From assembly GCA_005881885.1 (NCBI GenBank), contig VBDX01000134.1:4534-68533 (forward strand): a DNA stretch of 64,000 nucleotides, read 5' to 3'. Under the pieces are notes generated by a model, which ran no database searches, was not told the origin of the DNA, and worked only from the letters and a program-made list of their open reading frames with translations. The stretch's first letter is position 1. Each line of letters starts with the position of its first letter. This document shows positions 28,768 through 38,528 of this stretch, one piece after another. Source of the DNA: Chloroflexota bacterium (GTDB lineage: Bacteria > Chloroflexota > Limnocylindria > P2-11E). The position numbers were made by a program, and so were the translations under genes.

Positions 28768-30735
28768 ATGCGCCGATTCGCTCTCTTCATCGCGCTCGCG
28801 GCATTCGTCGCGACCGTGGCGCTCCTCGACGCGATAACGCGTGGCAGCTTTGTCGCCCCCGAAGGCCCGCCGGCCGCGGTGGATGGAACCGGACCGATCC
28901 TGGTAGCGAGCTCGGCGGCCGGTGGTCATCGGGGCGCGATCGGGCGTGGCCGGATCGCGCTCCTCGTTTCGCCACGCTCGTCCACCGTCGCGCGCGCGAT
29001 CGCGGGAGCGCTCGCGCGAACTGGGCTCTCGGCGACATTCGCGCTCACCGCGGAGATCGCGATCGGCGACCCATCGCTTACGGGCGACCTTCGCAAGAGT
29101 GGGCACAACGTGGCCTACGCCGGGGTCGCCGCGGCCGATGCCGCCTCGTTGCCGGAGCCACTCTGGCGCGTCGCTGAGACGCTCGGCCTGCGGATGGTCG
29201 AGTCCGCAGCAGGCGAGCGCCTCGCCCTGTACGCGCCGGCCAGGCTTCTGGGAGGCCGTCTCGATGAGGGCGCGCTCATCGAAGCGCGCCGAGCTAGCGC
29301 GCTGGGTCTGGTAAGCCTGGCGCCGGCGGCGGCTCCGGCCAATGACACAGCGACCGATGGCCTCGTGGTGATCACGAACACCGACGATGTCGGAGGCTTT
29401 GCCGCACAGGGATCGCGGGCCAGGCTGGTCTCGCTGCGGGCGCTCGCCGGCCTAAACCCAGAGCCGCCGCTCGATCCACTCCGTGGCGCGGCCGGCGAGC
29501 TGGCCCTTGCAATGGGACGGGCCGCGCGCTGGGCCGGCGATGCGCTCTCGGCGGCGGCCGCGCTCGCCGCCGCGCTCTACCTCGCCAGGCTGGTCGTCGT
29601 CATCTTCGTCGCCGCGCGGCACGCGGGCCGACCCCGCATCGCGGCCACGAGCTCGCCGACCGTCGCCGTGCTCGTCCCGGCCTATCGCGAGGAGCTCGTC
29701 ATCTCGCGCTGCGTCGCATCGCTTCGCGCGAGCGTCTATCCGAACCTCGAGATCATCGTGATCGACGACGGCTCCGACGATGCGACCGCCACCGCCGCGC
29801 GCCGCGCCGCGGCGGATGATCGGCGCGTCACCGTTATCCAGAAACAGAATGGTGGCAAAGCCTCGGCGCTCAATCACGGATTCTCCTCCACGCGGGCCGA
29901 TGTGATCGTCGTCGTGGATGCCGATTCCATCGTCGAACGCGACGCGATAGCCGAGCTCGTGAAGCCGCTCGCTGACGCTCGCGTCGGCGCGGTAGCGGGG
30001 AACGTAAAAGTTGGCAATCGCTGGAGCGTTCTCGGTGTCTTTCAGCACCTGGAGTACGTCATGGGGATCAACCTGGACCGCCGCTTCTTCGACGAGATCG
30101 ACGCGATCAGCGTGGTCCCGGGGGCGCTCGGGGCGTTTCGCCGCGAGGCGCTCGAGGCGGTCGGCAAATTCTCAACGGAGACACTCGCCGAGGACGCCGA
30201 TCTGACGGTGGCGATCGGCGAGAGAGGCTTCCACGTGCGGCACGCTCCCTACGCGCGGGCGTGGACTGAGGTGCCGAGCGCACTCGGTGCGTTGCGCCGT
30301 CAGCGCTTTCGCTGGACGTACGGCATATTGCAGGTGCTCTGGAAGCACCGCGGCGCCCCGGTGCGCCGAGGCGCGACGAACGTCGGCCGTCTAGGGCTTC
30401 CGTACCTGCTCGTCTTCGGGTACTTGCTTCCTCTGCTCTCTCCCGCGGTGGACGCTGTTGTGGTGTATGGGCTGATCGTCGCGGGAGCGCGTCCCGAGGT
30501 AGTGGCCCTCTTCGGGGTGGTGACGGGGCTGCAGCTCCTCGCGGCGATGTTCGCACTGCGACTCGATGGCGAGAACATCGCCTGGGCGGCCGGGACGCTT
30601 CCGATGCAGCTGGGCTATAGGCAGTTCCTCTCGTTCGTCACCATTTCAGCCCTGGGGGCGGCGGTCGCGGGCTTCCCCGTGAGTTGGGGAAAGCTACGGC
30701 GGCGTGGCCTTCCGGCCGAGGTCGGCCGTAGCTGA
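28768..30735 (+). CDS. Family-2 glycosyltransferase (PgaC/IcaA/NodC-like processive synthase) with an N-terminal NodB-deacetylase-like domain
   Basis: GT2 motifs: [37 protein letters not shown] and QRFRWTYG (QxxRW), with C-terminal TM helices. N-terminal 270 aa include the GHNVAYAG deacetylase-like region and a signal/TM segment. Confidence 0.8.
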   Translation: MRRFALFIALAAFVATVALLDAITRGSFVAPEGPPAAVDGTGPILVASSAAGGHRGAIGRGRIALLVSPRSSTVARAIAGALARTGLSATFALTAEIAIGDPSLTGDLRKSGHNVAYAGVAAADAASLPEPLWRVAETLGLRMVESAAGERLALYAPARLLGGRLDEGALIEARRASALGLVSLAPAAAPANDTATDGLVVITNTDDVGGFAAQGSRARLVSLRALAGLNPEPPLDPLRGAAGELALAMGRAARWAGDALSAAAALAAALYLARLVVVIFVAARHAGRPRIAATSSPTVAVLVPAYREELVISRCVASLRASVYPNLEIIVIDDGSDDATATAARRAAADDRRVTVIQKQNGGKASALNHGFSSTRADVIVVVDADSIVERDAIAELVKPLADARVGAVAGNVKVGNRWSVLGVFQHLEYVMGINLDRRFFDEIDAISVVPGALGAFRREALEAVGKFSTETLAEDADLTVAIGERGFHVRHAPYARAWTEVPSALGALRRQRFRWTYGILQVLWKHRGAPVRRGATNVGRLGLPYLLVFGYLLPLLSPAVDAVVVYGLIVAGARPEVVALFGVVTGLQLLAAMFALRLDGENIAWAAGTLPMQLGYRQFLSFVTISALGAAVAGFPVSWGKLRRRGLPAEVGRS

Positions 30736-30774
30736 GCCGCGAACGGCCAGCCGCCCGGCGTACCGTAGCCGCAG

Positions 30775-31485
30775 GTGCGCATCGTTCTCGCGATCGCGTG
30801 CGTGATCCTCTTCGGCGCGGTCGCGGTGATCCTATCGGTATCGCCCGCTATGAAGCAGCTCGGCCCGGCGGCCGGCCCGACACCGATGCCGTACTACACG
30901 GCGGTCCCCACCGTCGTGACCATCCCTCCGGATGTCGGCGAGCGCGGCGCCCGAACGTACGCCCGCCTCTGGGCCATGTTCCTCGTACCGATCGAAGGCG
31001 CGGATGTTCCCGACGATCCGGCTCTCATGCCCGGCGCGCCGCGCGACTACCGCGCTGGCATTCATGAGGGCGTCGACTTCCCCGCGCCGTCAGGGACGCC
31101 CGTGGTCGCGGCAGCCGCCGGCAGGGTCGTCCGCGTGGATACGAGCTTTCTCGATTGGACGCGCGAGCAGCAGGACATCGCGCTGGACGAAGCGTTGACG
31201 CTCGGTTACACGCCCGCCGCGACGCTCGATCGCATCCGCGGCCGGCAGGTCTGGATCGATCACGGCAAGGGAGTCGTGACGCGTTACGCACATCTCGCCG
31301 CGGTCGGGCCGCTGACCGTCGGTCAGATGGTCGAAGCGGGGACGCCGATCGGAGCCGTCGGCAGCTCCGGTTACCCGCAGGGAGGACCGCACCTTCACTT
31401 CGAGGTGCGGATCGGCGACGACTACTACGGCGACGGACTCAGCGGCGACGCCTTGACGCGCGCGGTCTGGCGATTGTTCCGGTAG
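30775..31485 (+). CDS. M23-family (LytM-like) metallopeptidase
   Basis: GIHEGVDF...HGKGVVTRYAHL...GGPHLHFEV (HxxxD ... HxH). N-terminal TM anchor. GTG start. Confidence 0.8.
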   Translation: MRIVLAIACVILFGAVAVILSVSPAMKQLGPAAGPTPMPYYTAVPTVVTIPPDVGERGARTYARLWAMFLVPIEGADVPDDPALMPGAPRDYRAGIHEGVDFPAPSGTPVVAAAAGRVVRVDTSFLDWTREQQDIALDEALTLGYTPAATLDRIRGRQVWIDHGKGVVTRYAHLAAVGPLTVGQMVEAGTPIGAVGSSGYPQGGPHLHFEVRIGDDYYGDGLSGDALTRAVWRLFR

Positions 31486-31487
31486 CG

Positions 31488-31673
31488 CTAGCCGCCGGGG
31501 CGGCTTCCACCTTCGAGAACGCATCGCGCGCACAGACACGCTTCGCCCTCGCGAGAGATGTCACCCATTCGGCCGCAGCGATCACAGCGGCCTTCTTCCG
31601 GCTTCCGGCCCACGACCTCGTCGGCCAGCCGGATCCATTTTGTGACCGCGCGCTCGGATTCCCGGTCGATCAA
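31488..31673 (-). CDS. Small zinc-ribbon protein (61 aa)
   Basis: CDRCG...CLCARC four-Cys arrangement. High GC3. Confidence 0.4.
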   Translation of the reverse strand: MIDRESERAVTKWIRLADEVVGRKPEEGRCDRCGRMGDISREGEACLCARCVLEGGSRPGG

Positions 31674-31752
31674 CGATTGAGCGGCGTCGCATACGCGGTG
31701 CCAGCGCGAGGCGGGCAGCAGGTATCAGATCTCGCTGTTACGAGGGCGTCAG

Positions 31753-32130
31753 CTAACGCAGGCCGGTGCGCCGCGCGCGGAGCGCGGCTTCGAGAACGAC
31801 CTCGACCGATTCGGAAGCCACCGGTGCGGGCACCGCGCGGAAGATCCCGATCTCGGTGACCTTGTCCTTCTCGGGCGCGTCGTACCACCACGACAGGTGG
31901 CTGATCTCGCACATGTAGACGTAGGCGGTCGTGCTCTTCGGAGTGAGGAACCGGATCGCGCCGAGGAGATCGAGCCGCGGTGGAACGATCCGCGCGGAGT
32001 CCCAGAGCTCCCGCTTGGCGACCTCAAGGATCGTCTCGCCGGCCTTGCGCCCGCTCGTAGGAAAGTGCCACCCGGCGGCGTCCGGCTTCCGGATCCAGAC
32101 GGTGAGATCGCCATAGAAGGGAACGATCAT
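31753..32130 (-). CDS. NUDIX hydrolase
   Basis: Nudix box G(x5)E(x7)REL: PTSGRKAGETILEVAKRELWDSARIV. Start at MIVPFYGDL. The listed ORF extends to 32217. Confidence 0.6.
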   Translation of the reverse strand: MIVPFYGDLTVWIRKPDAAGWHFPTSGRKAGETILEVAKRELWDSARIVPPRLDLLGAIRFLTPKSTTAYVYMCEISHLSWWYDAPEKDKVTEIGIFRAVPAPVASESVEVVLEAALRARRTGLR

Positions 32131-32289
32131 CGCAAGCTGGGCCGAGGCCGGAGGGTATTCACGAAAGGTGTTGTCTCTACGCGAAACGAAGGTGTGCTCG
32201 GTCACTATGCCGCACACTAAGCAGGGGAAGAAGCGAGCGTCAATAGCACAGCGGATTCGAGCCTGCGTAACGACGCCGCTTTGACCCGC

Positions 32290-33381
32290 TTAGGCGCGGA
32301 AGAGCTCTGAGACTCGGAAGGGATCGGCCGCGACGACGCTGGCCGCGTAGAGCTCCATCCCGCCAATGTCGCTCGTCTTGTTGGCGGGATCGCCTCGGTC
32401 GACGAGGCGTGCATGCGGTGGAAAGCGGCGCCAGTCGTTGCCGTCGGCAGCAAGTGGCGGAAGCAGCAGCGCCAGGTTGTATGCGACGACGCCGTGCGCA
32501 CGGTACGCGGCGATCGCCCTCGCAATGGCCGGAGCGAGTGCGATCTCGTCTTCGCCGGGTCGCCCGAGGATGACGACCTCGCTCTCCTTCACGGGCACGA
32601 GCGAAGCGAACACTCGGGCCCCATCGCGCTCGTCGCCGAGATCCAGCGCCTCGTGGACGCGCCAGAGGTCGTCGAAGTAGTCCCGGCCGTGCTGCTCGTC
32701 GTAGGCGAGCGAACGCCGGCGGAGCAACTCGACACGCGGGTAGTGCATGCCTCTGGTCACGGTCATCTGCATGTGGCCGTGCACGATCGAGCCACCTGCG
32801 CGCCAGAGGCAGTTCCAGATCAGGAAGTAGTACTTCGCCGATGGATCCTCGTCGATCGCGGCCTGGGCCCACCGGCGCGCAGTCAGCAGGCGGTCGCGGA
32901 TCACGGTCGCGTCCATCGCCGCGAGCGGGTCGTGCTCGTCGAAGACCAGGACGCCGTGGTACGTGTCGTATTTCGCGATGTTCGATGCGGTTATCCCATG
33001 CTCGCCTCGGATGCGGCCGAACGTGTCCGCCGGCGTGCCGGTCTCGGGATGACAGAACGGGTCTCCCCGCGCCCGCTCGATCGTTTCCCGGACCTCGTTG
33101 CCGCCCTTTACTTCGACCGGTCGGCGCGCGCGCAGGTCGTTGAAGAGCGCACCCTCCATCATCACGAGGTTCGTGACGCGGACGATCCGCTGGGTCGTCA
33201 CCGAGTCGACCGAGCCGAACTGCTTGGTGATCCACTCCCGCATCTCCGGCGGCGGATCGAGCCGACTGGTGGTCGTCGAGACGGCGAAGATCCGCTCGGC
33301 GGCGGCGCGCGCCTCAGGCGGAAGCGCCGCGATCCGCTCCTCGAGCTCGGCGATGGACGGCCGCGTCTCGGTGGACTTCAC
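32290..33381 (-). CDS. GalT-like HIT-superfamily nucleotidyltransferase/phosphorylase (galactose-1-phosphate uridylyltransferase family)
   Basis: HGHMQ (HxHxQ) active-site motif. GTG start at VKSTETRPSIAELEER overlaps the glgA stop (GTGA). Confidence 0.7.
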   Translation of the reverse strand: MKSTETRPSIAELEERIAALPPEARAAAERIFAVSTTTSRLDPPPEMREWITKQFGSVDSVTTQRIVRVTNLVMMEGALFNDLRARRPVEVKGGNEVRETIERARGDPFCHPETGTPADTFGRIRGEHGITASNIAKYDTYHGVLVFDEHDPLAAMDATVIRDRLLTARRWAQAAIDEDPSAKYYFLIWNCLWRAGGSIVHGHMQMTVTRGMHYPRVELLRRRSLAYDEQHGRDYFDDLWRVHEALDLGDERDGARVFASLVPVKESEVVILGRPGEDEIALAPAIARAIAAYRAHGVVAYNLALLLPPLAADGNDWRRFPPHARLVDRGDPANKTSDIGGMELYAASVVAADPFRVSELFRA

Positions 33382-34793
33382 GCCGCCCGCCGCGCCTTCG
33401 CCGCGGCGCCATACATCTCGACGTAGCGCCGCGCCGAGGCTTTCCATGAATGATCCTCGCGCATCGCGCGCGTGCGGAGCGCAAGCCATGGCTGCCCGCC
33501 CGCGCGATAGCGATGCAGCGCGCGTTCGATGGCGTCGGCGAACCCGGCCGCTTCGTACTTGGTGAAGGAGAAGCCGTTGCCGCGCGCGTCTCCGTCAATG
33601 TCGCGCACGGTGTTCGCGAGCCCGCCGACCGCGCGAACTACAGGGACCGTGCCGTAGCGGAGCGAGATCAGCTGGCCGAGGCCGCACGGCTCGAACCGCG
33701 ACGGCATGAGGAACATGTCCGAGCCCGCATAGATGCGTTGTGCGAGCGCCGCATCGAAACCGAGCGTGAGGGCAAGCCGCCCCTTCATCTTCTGGGCGAG
33801 CTCGCGCCAGCGCTGCTCGTAGGTGGGGTCCCCGGCTCCAAGCACGACGAGCTGGCCACCCTTGTCGAGGAGCCACGGAGCCACCGCGGTGAGCAGATCG
33901 ACGCCCTTCTGCTCGACGAGCCGTCCGATCACACCGAAGACCGGCGCGCTCGGCTGCACGGTGAGACCGGTCTCCGTCTGCAGCGCCGCCTTGCAGACGG
34001 CCTTGCCACTCTGGTCGTCTGCGGTGTAGTGCGCGGCGATATGCGGGTCGCGCGAGGGATCGAAGAACGTCGTATCGATCCCATTGGTGATGCCCCAGAG
34101 ATCGTCGCGTCGGTCGCGCAGAAGACCCTCGAGTCGCTCCCCGAACTCGGGCGTGAGGATCTCCTCCGCATAACGCTCGCTCACCGTCGAGACGATGTCC
34201 GCGGTCGCGATGGCCCGCGCCATCGGGTTCGCCTCGTCGCGGCCCTCGACCGCCAGACGCGAGCGCGGCAGCCCCACCAGGCGGAGAACGTCCGCGCTCG
34301 TGCGTCCCTGGTACGCGAGGTTGTGGATCGTGAAGACCGTCGCCGAGCCAGGCAGCTTCCGCGAGCGTGCGGCGAGCTGCACGAGCAGGGCCGCGTGCCA
34401 GTCGTGGGCGTGGATCACGTCGGGCTTCGTCTCCTCCAGGTCCGCGAGCACTGCACGGCAAAACAACGCGTAACGCTTTGCGTCGTCCGCGTACCCGTAC
34501 ACCTTGTCGCGCCCGATGCGGAAGCTACGCACGAAGACGAAGCGCACACCGTCGCGCGTGATCTCGGGGTACGCGATGCGCGCGTGGGCGGCACCGTACG
34601 GAACGGAGTGGGTTCGCGCGCTCTTGGCGGGGATGGCGAACTTCACGACATCGATCGAACGATGGAGCGGAAGATAGACGCTGACCTCGTGGCCGAGCGC
34701 GGCCAGCGCCTGAGGCAGAGAGCCCACGACATCGGCGAGGCCGCCGACCTTGGCGTAGGGAGCGACCTCGGCGGCCGCGAACGAAATCCGCAC
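33378..34793 (-). CDS. glgA: Glycogen (starch) synthase, GT5
   Basis: MRISFAAAEVAPYAKVGGLADVVGSLPQALAALGHEVSV (KxGGL motif) and a C-terminal GT-B domain. Confidence 0.9.
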   Translation of the reverse strand: MRISFAAAEVAPYAKVGGLADVVGSLPQALAALGHEVSVYLPLHRSIDVVKFAIPAKSARTHSVPYGAAHARIAYPEITRDGVRFVFVRSFRIGRDKVYGYADDAKRYALFCRAVLADLEETKPDVIHAHDWHAALLVQLAARSRKLPGSATVFTIHNLAYQGRTSADVLRLVGLPRSRLAVEGRDEANPMARAIATADIVSTVSERYAEEILTPEFGERLEGLLRDRRDDLWGITNGIDTTFFDPSRDPHIAAHYTADDQSGKAVCKAALQTETGLTVQPSAPVFGVIGRLVEQKGVDLLTAVAPWLLDKGGQLVVLGAGDPTYEQRWRELAQKMKGRLALTLGFDAALAQRIYAGSDMFLMPSRFEPCGLGQLISLRYGTVPVVRAVGGLANTVRDIDGDARGNGFSFTKYEAAGFADAIERALHRYRAGGQPWLALRTRAMREDHSWKASARRYVEMYGAAAKARRAA

Positions 34794-34911
34794 GGATCAA
34801 GGAGAGATGTTAACGGCGCGTAAGGATTTCGCGTTGCGCCTCCTTGGACGCACTGTCCGGACACGGATGCGTTAGACACGGAGTAGGCGGGATAAAGAGG
34901 CCCTAGATGGA

Positions 34912-35907
34912 GTGGAGCAGATGAAGGCATTACATCGGAAACTCGCGCTCGGGCTCGCGATCGGCGTCGCTAGCGTGGGCATGTTCGGGGCGGCGGCGCT
35001 CGGCGCCTTTGGACTTGAGGTCTCCTCGAGCGTCGGCTCGGCGATCGCTCCCGTCGGCTCGGTGCTCGGCGCCGAGAAGCCGGACAAGTTCAAAGGGATC
35101 CTCGACGCTCTCGTGCAGAAGGGTGTCATCACCCAGCAGCAAGAAGACGCGATCCTCGCTGCGATGAAGGATGCGGCGGGCAAAGACTCCGCCCGCGTCC
35201 ACGTGGCGCACGATCTCTTCGGTGCCGCGGCTCAGTATCTCGGTACCACCGAGAAGGACCTGCGCGCGAAGCTCCCCGGCACGAGCCTTGGAAAGATCGC
35301 TGACGGTATGGCCCCCGCGAAGTCGCGTGCCGGGCTCGTCGCCGCGCTTACGACCGCGGCGAACGCCGACATCGACAAGGCCGTCGCCGACAAGAGGATC
35401 ACCGCCGACCAGGCGACGACCCTTCGGTCCAAGGTCGCCGGCGAGATCACCTCGCTCGTCGACCGGACCTGGCCGACGAAGCCGACTGCCGCCGTGCGGG
35501 CGCCGAATCTGAAGAGCTTCCTCGGCGAGATGTCGAAGACCGTTCAGACGTTCCTCGGACTTTCGGCAACGGACATCGCGACCGCGCTGCGGAACGGTCA
35601 GAGCCTGGGCGAGCTCGCGAACGCGACCAAGCCCAACGGTCGGGACAGTCTCATCGCCGCCCTGACGTTGAGCGCGAACACGCGGATCGACAAAGCCGCC
35701 GCTGACAAGAAGATCACGACCGATCAGGCGACCACCCTGAAGAGCAAGGTGGGCGCTGCAATCACGACCTTCGTCGACCGCAAGTTCCCGGTGCGGAGCT
35801 CGACGGAGCCCGCGTCGCCGGCGAACGGCACGACGCCGGCGGCGCCAACGACCACGAAGCCGACAACGCCGGCGAGCCCATCGCCGACGCCGAAAGAAGA
35901 TCGATAG
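34912..35907 (+). CDS. Secreted/anchored protein with two internal repeats of about 100 aa and a Pro/Thr-rich tail
   Basis: N-terminal hydrophobic segment. Repeats ...LVAALTTAANADIDKAVADKRITADQATTLRSKVAGEITSLVDRTWP / ...LIAALTLSANTRIDKAAADKKITTDQATTLKSKVGAAITTFVDRKFP. Confidence 0.6.
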   Translation: MEQMKALHRKLALGLAIGVASVGMFGAAALGAFGLEVSSSVGSAIAPVGSVLGAEKPDKFKGILDALVQKGVITQQQEDAILAAMKDAAGKDSARVHVAHDLFGAAAQYLGTTEKDLRAKLPGTSLGKIADGMAPAKSRAGLVAALTTAANADIDKAVADKRITADQATTLRSKVAGEITSLVDRTWPTKPTAAVRAPNLKSFLGEMSKTVQTFLGLSATDIATALRNGQSLGELANATKPNGRDSLIAALTLSANTRIDKAAADKKITTDQATTLKSKVGAAITTFVDRKFPVRSSTEPASPANGTTPAAPTTTKPTTPASPSPTPKEDR

Positions 35908-35938
35908 GAGCGGTACCGATCTCATTCCGCGCGAAGAC

Positions 35939-35967
35939 GCCGGGCGAAAGCCCGGCGTTCTTGTTGT
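35939..35967 (+). terminator. Rho-independent terminator after the repeat-protein gene
   Basis: GCCGGGC-GAAA-GCCCGGC perfect 7-bp stem with a GNRA loop, followed by GTTCTTGTTGT. Confidence 0.6.
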
Positions 35968-36136
35968 CAGCGGTATCCGTTCGGTCGCGAGTAGGAACGG
36001 GCATGCTCACCGGTCGTTGGACCTAACGCTGGGGAGACGGGGCGGAGGCGGAAGCATGTCGAACCCGCTCACACATGTCGCGACGCGAAGCGCCGGCGTT
36101 ATAGTCGGCGCGCCAGCGAGGGGCACGGAGTTGGGA

Positions 36137-38041
36137 ATGGAGCGGGTACTAGAGGGCCGATACAAGATCGAGGAGCCGCTCGGTGTGGGCGGCTCTTCTC
36201 AGGTCTACCTCGCCCGCGACAAGGCATTGAACCGCGACGTCGCGTTGAAGGTGCTCGATGCGCCCGCGGCCGCTGACGGCGATACCCGCAGGATGTTCGT
36301 CAAGGAAGCGCGCGCTCTGGCGCAGCTCTCCCACCCGAATATCGTCGCCGTCTACGACGTGGGCGAGGTCGATGGCTCGCCGTTCATCGTCATGGAGTAC
36401 CTCGCCGGCGGATCGCTGAAGCAGAAGATCGAGGGCACCGGTCCGCTCAACGCGGGCGAAGCGGTCCGTGTCGCGATCGAGGTCGCCAACGGCCTTGCGT
36501 TCGCGCACTCCAAGGGCATCATCCACGCGGACCTCAAGCCCTCGAACATCCTGTTCGACGCGAACGACACCGCGAAGATATGCGACTTCGGTATCGCCCG
36601 CACCCCGCAGGAGGACGCCGATACGCCGCAGCTCTACGCCACGGCGATGTACGTCGCACCCGAGCGGGTCGAGGGCAAGAGCACGACGGTGCAGTCGGAT
36701 GTTTACGGGCTGGGCCTCGTCCTGTACGAGGCGCTCGTCGGCAAACCGCCCTTCACGAGCTCGAACGCCGCGGTCCTCCTGCGCGACCATGTCGTGCGTC
36801 AGCCTGTGCCACCGAGCCACCTCCGGCAGTCGCTGCCAAAGGAGCTCGACACCGTCGCGCTGAAGGCGCTGGCGAAACAGCCAAACCTCCGCTACCAGAA
36901 GGCGAGCGACTTCGCGGTCGCCCTACAGCGGATCGAGAACGTCGACAAGGAGCTGGCGACCACGCGAATGGTGATGGCCGACCCGCTCGAGGACTTCATC
37001 CCGAAGACCGAGCAGAGCCCGGTCGTCGCATTGCTCTCCGCCTACGGCCAACCGATCCGGCGGGTGTTCTTCGCGCTGTTCGCCGCCCTTCCGGTATTCG
37101 CGATGGCGACGCTCGCGGGCTTCGAGATCGTCGGCTCGCTGCTCGCGGCCGCGCTCGTCGCGGTCGTCGGCGCCGCCGGCCAGCTCGGCATCGCGATCGC
37201 GATCGGCTGGGTGATCGAGACCGCGCTGCTGTTCGTGTTCGTTCCCGGTCTCTCGTTACTTTTCGCGGGGCTCGGCATCTTGCTGTACCTGAGAACCACC
37301 CCGCCGGAGCAGATCGCGCTCGCGATGGCCATTCCGGTGCTCACGCCCCTTGGTCTCGCGCCCGCGATGATCCTCACCGCCGCCGCCGTCTTCGGCCTGA
37401 CCGGTGTCCTCACGGTTGCCGCCAGCGCCACGATGACGATGCTCTTCGCGGTCGCGATGGGCGTTCAGTCACTTGGTCCATACGCGCAGACCGGTATGTC
37501 GCTGCGGCAGGAGTCGCTCTTCAACCCGGTGCGGGCGGCCGAGACAAAGGCGGCGCTCGCAACCTTCGTACAGAACTCGAATGATCGCTGGGGCCCGCTC
37601 AGCACCCAGCTCGACCCCGCGGTCCTCTGGTCGCAGATGACCGGCCTCGTCTCGCGCCTCGCGGGCGCGACGCTAGAGACATGGATCGCGACGGTGCTCG
37701 CGTGGACGATGGCCGCGCTCACCGTATGGACCGTCACGCGCCTCTTGCGCACCTTCTTCGACACGCTGCTCCGCCGCCCCAAGCGCTGGTTCGCGTTGTA
37801 CGTCCTCGCGGCCGGAGCGGGCGTCACCGGCGGCGCCGCCATCCTCTACATGTTCGCGGTGACGCTCTCCGCGCTCGACGACGCGCCGGGCCGGCCCGGG
37901 AACGGTGTGCTGTTCCTCGCGGCGATGACCGGCGCGATCCTCGCGCTCGCCGCCGGGATCGTGATCAGCGCCACCGAGCAGCCTGAGCCTGAAGCGGAAG
38001 GATCGATCCCGATGTCCGCGCGAAGGATCCCGGTCCGCTAA
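36137..38041 (+). CDS. Hanks-type Ser/Thr protein kinase with a polytopic membrane C-terminal half
   Basis: GVGGSSQVY, VALKVL, HADLKPSNIL, DFGIA and APE motifs. About 300 aa of TM helices C-terminal. Confidence 0.85.
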   Translation: MERVLEGRYKIEEPLGVGGSSQVYLARDKALNRDVALKVLDAPAAADGDTRRMFVKEARALAQLSHPNIVAVYDVGEVDGSPFIVMEYLAGGSLKQKIEGTGPLNAGEAVRVAIEVANGLAFAHSKGIIHADLKPSNILFDANDTAKICDFGIARTPQEDADTPQLYATAMYVAPERVEGKSTTVQSDVYGLGLVLYEALVGKPPFTSSNAAVLLRDHVVRQPVPPSHLRQSLPKELDTVALKALAKQPNLRYQKASDFAVALQRIENVDKELATTRMVMADPLEDFIPKTEQSPVVALLSAYGQPIRRVFFALFAALPVFAMATLAGFEIVGSLLAAALVAVVGAAGQLGIAIAIGWVIETALLFVFVPGLSLLFAGLGILLYLRTTPPEQIALAMAIPVLTPLGLAPAMILTAAAVFGLTGVLTVAASATMTMLFAVAMGVQSLGPYAQTGMSLRQESLFNPVRAAETKAALATFVQNSNDRWGPLSTQLDPAVLWSQMTGLVSRLAGATLETWIATVLAWTMAALTVWTVTRLLRTFFDTLLRRPKRWFALYVLAAGAGVTGGAAILYMFAVTLSALDDAPGRPGNGVLFLAAMTGAILALAAGIVISATEQPEPEAEGSIPMSARRIPVR

Positions 38042-38043
38042 AA

Positions 38044-38388
38044 CTAGCGGGCCTTCTTCGCAGGCAGCTTCTTCGCATAGGCGTACGCCTGATCCACCCA
38101 CGCGCGCAGCTTCGCGGGATTCGTCACGACGGCATCCGGCACCACGACGTACTCCTTCATCGGCCGCCCCGGCATCGGTTCGAACGTCTTCGCGGTCGTC
38201 GCGCCGGCGATCGTGCGCTCTGCGCCGAGCCTCACGATGATCTTGTCCTGGTAGGTGCCCGCGAACATGTTCCCATTCAGGAAGAGCGCGGGATAGCCGA
38301 ACATCGGCCGCGCCGTGACGCTCGGACCGCTCGGCTTCGCTTTCTCGAATGCGGCGATGAGCTCGGGTGGTGACTTCTTCCAGGCCAT
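38044..38388 (-). CDS. TfoX/Sxy N-terminal-domain protein
   Basis: ARPMFGYPALFLNGNMFAG...KIIVRL matches the TfoX_N domain pattern. Confidence 0.6.
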   Translation of the reverse strand: MAWKKSPPELIAAFEKAKPSGPSVTARPMFGYPALFLNGNMFAGTYQDKIIVRLGAERTIAGATTAKTFEPMPGRPMKEYVVVPDAVVTNPAKLRAWVDQAYAYAKKLPAKKAR

Positions 38389-38463
38389 CTTTTTGGAGGT
38401 TAGTCAGTCGATCGGTCGCGCGATTTTTCCGCACTAGTGCTTGCTTTTTTGGTTGCGGCGTGA

Positions 38464-38479
38464 TAGAACTAACGTTCTA
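38464..38479. promoter_or_regulatory. SOS (LexA, Cheo-like) box TAGAAC-N4-GTTCTA
   Basis: Perfect palindrome TAGAACTAACGTTCTA about 50 nt upstream of the HNH gene start, and divergent from the TfoX-N gene. A near-identical 20-mer recurs at 51161-51180. Confidence 0.55.
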
Positions 38480-38528
38480 GAGGCCATCAGGCGGAGGAAG
38501 GACCGACCCGGACCTCAGAGGTCGTTCC

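Noticed and set aside
32222-32290. tRNA-like fragment (…GCGGATTCGAGCCTGCG…) downstream of the GalT-like gene
   Set aside because: It contains a T-loop-like GGATTCGAGCC, but I could not pair a T-stem or acceptor stem around it. Probably a chance resemblance or a very degraded remnant.
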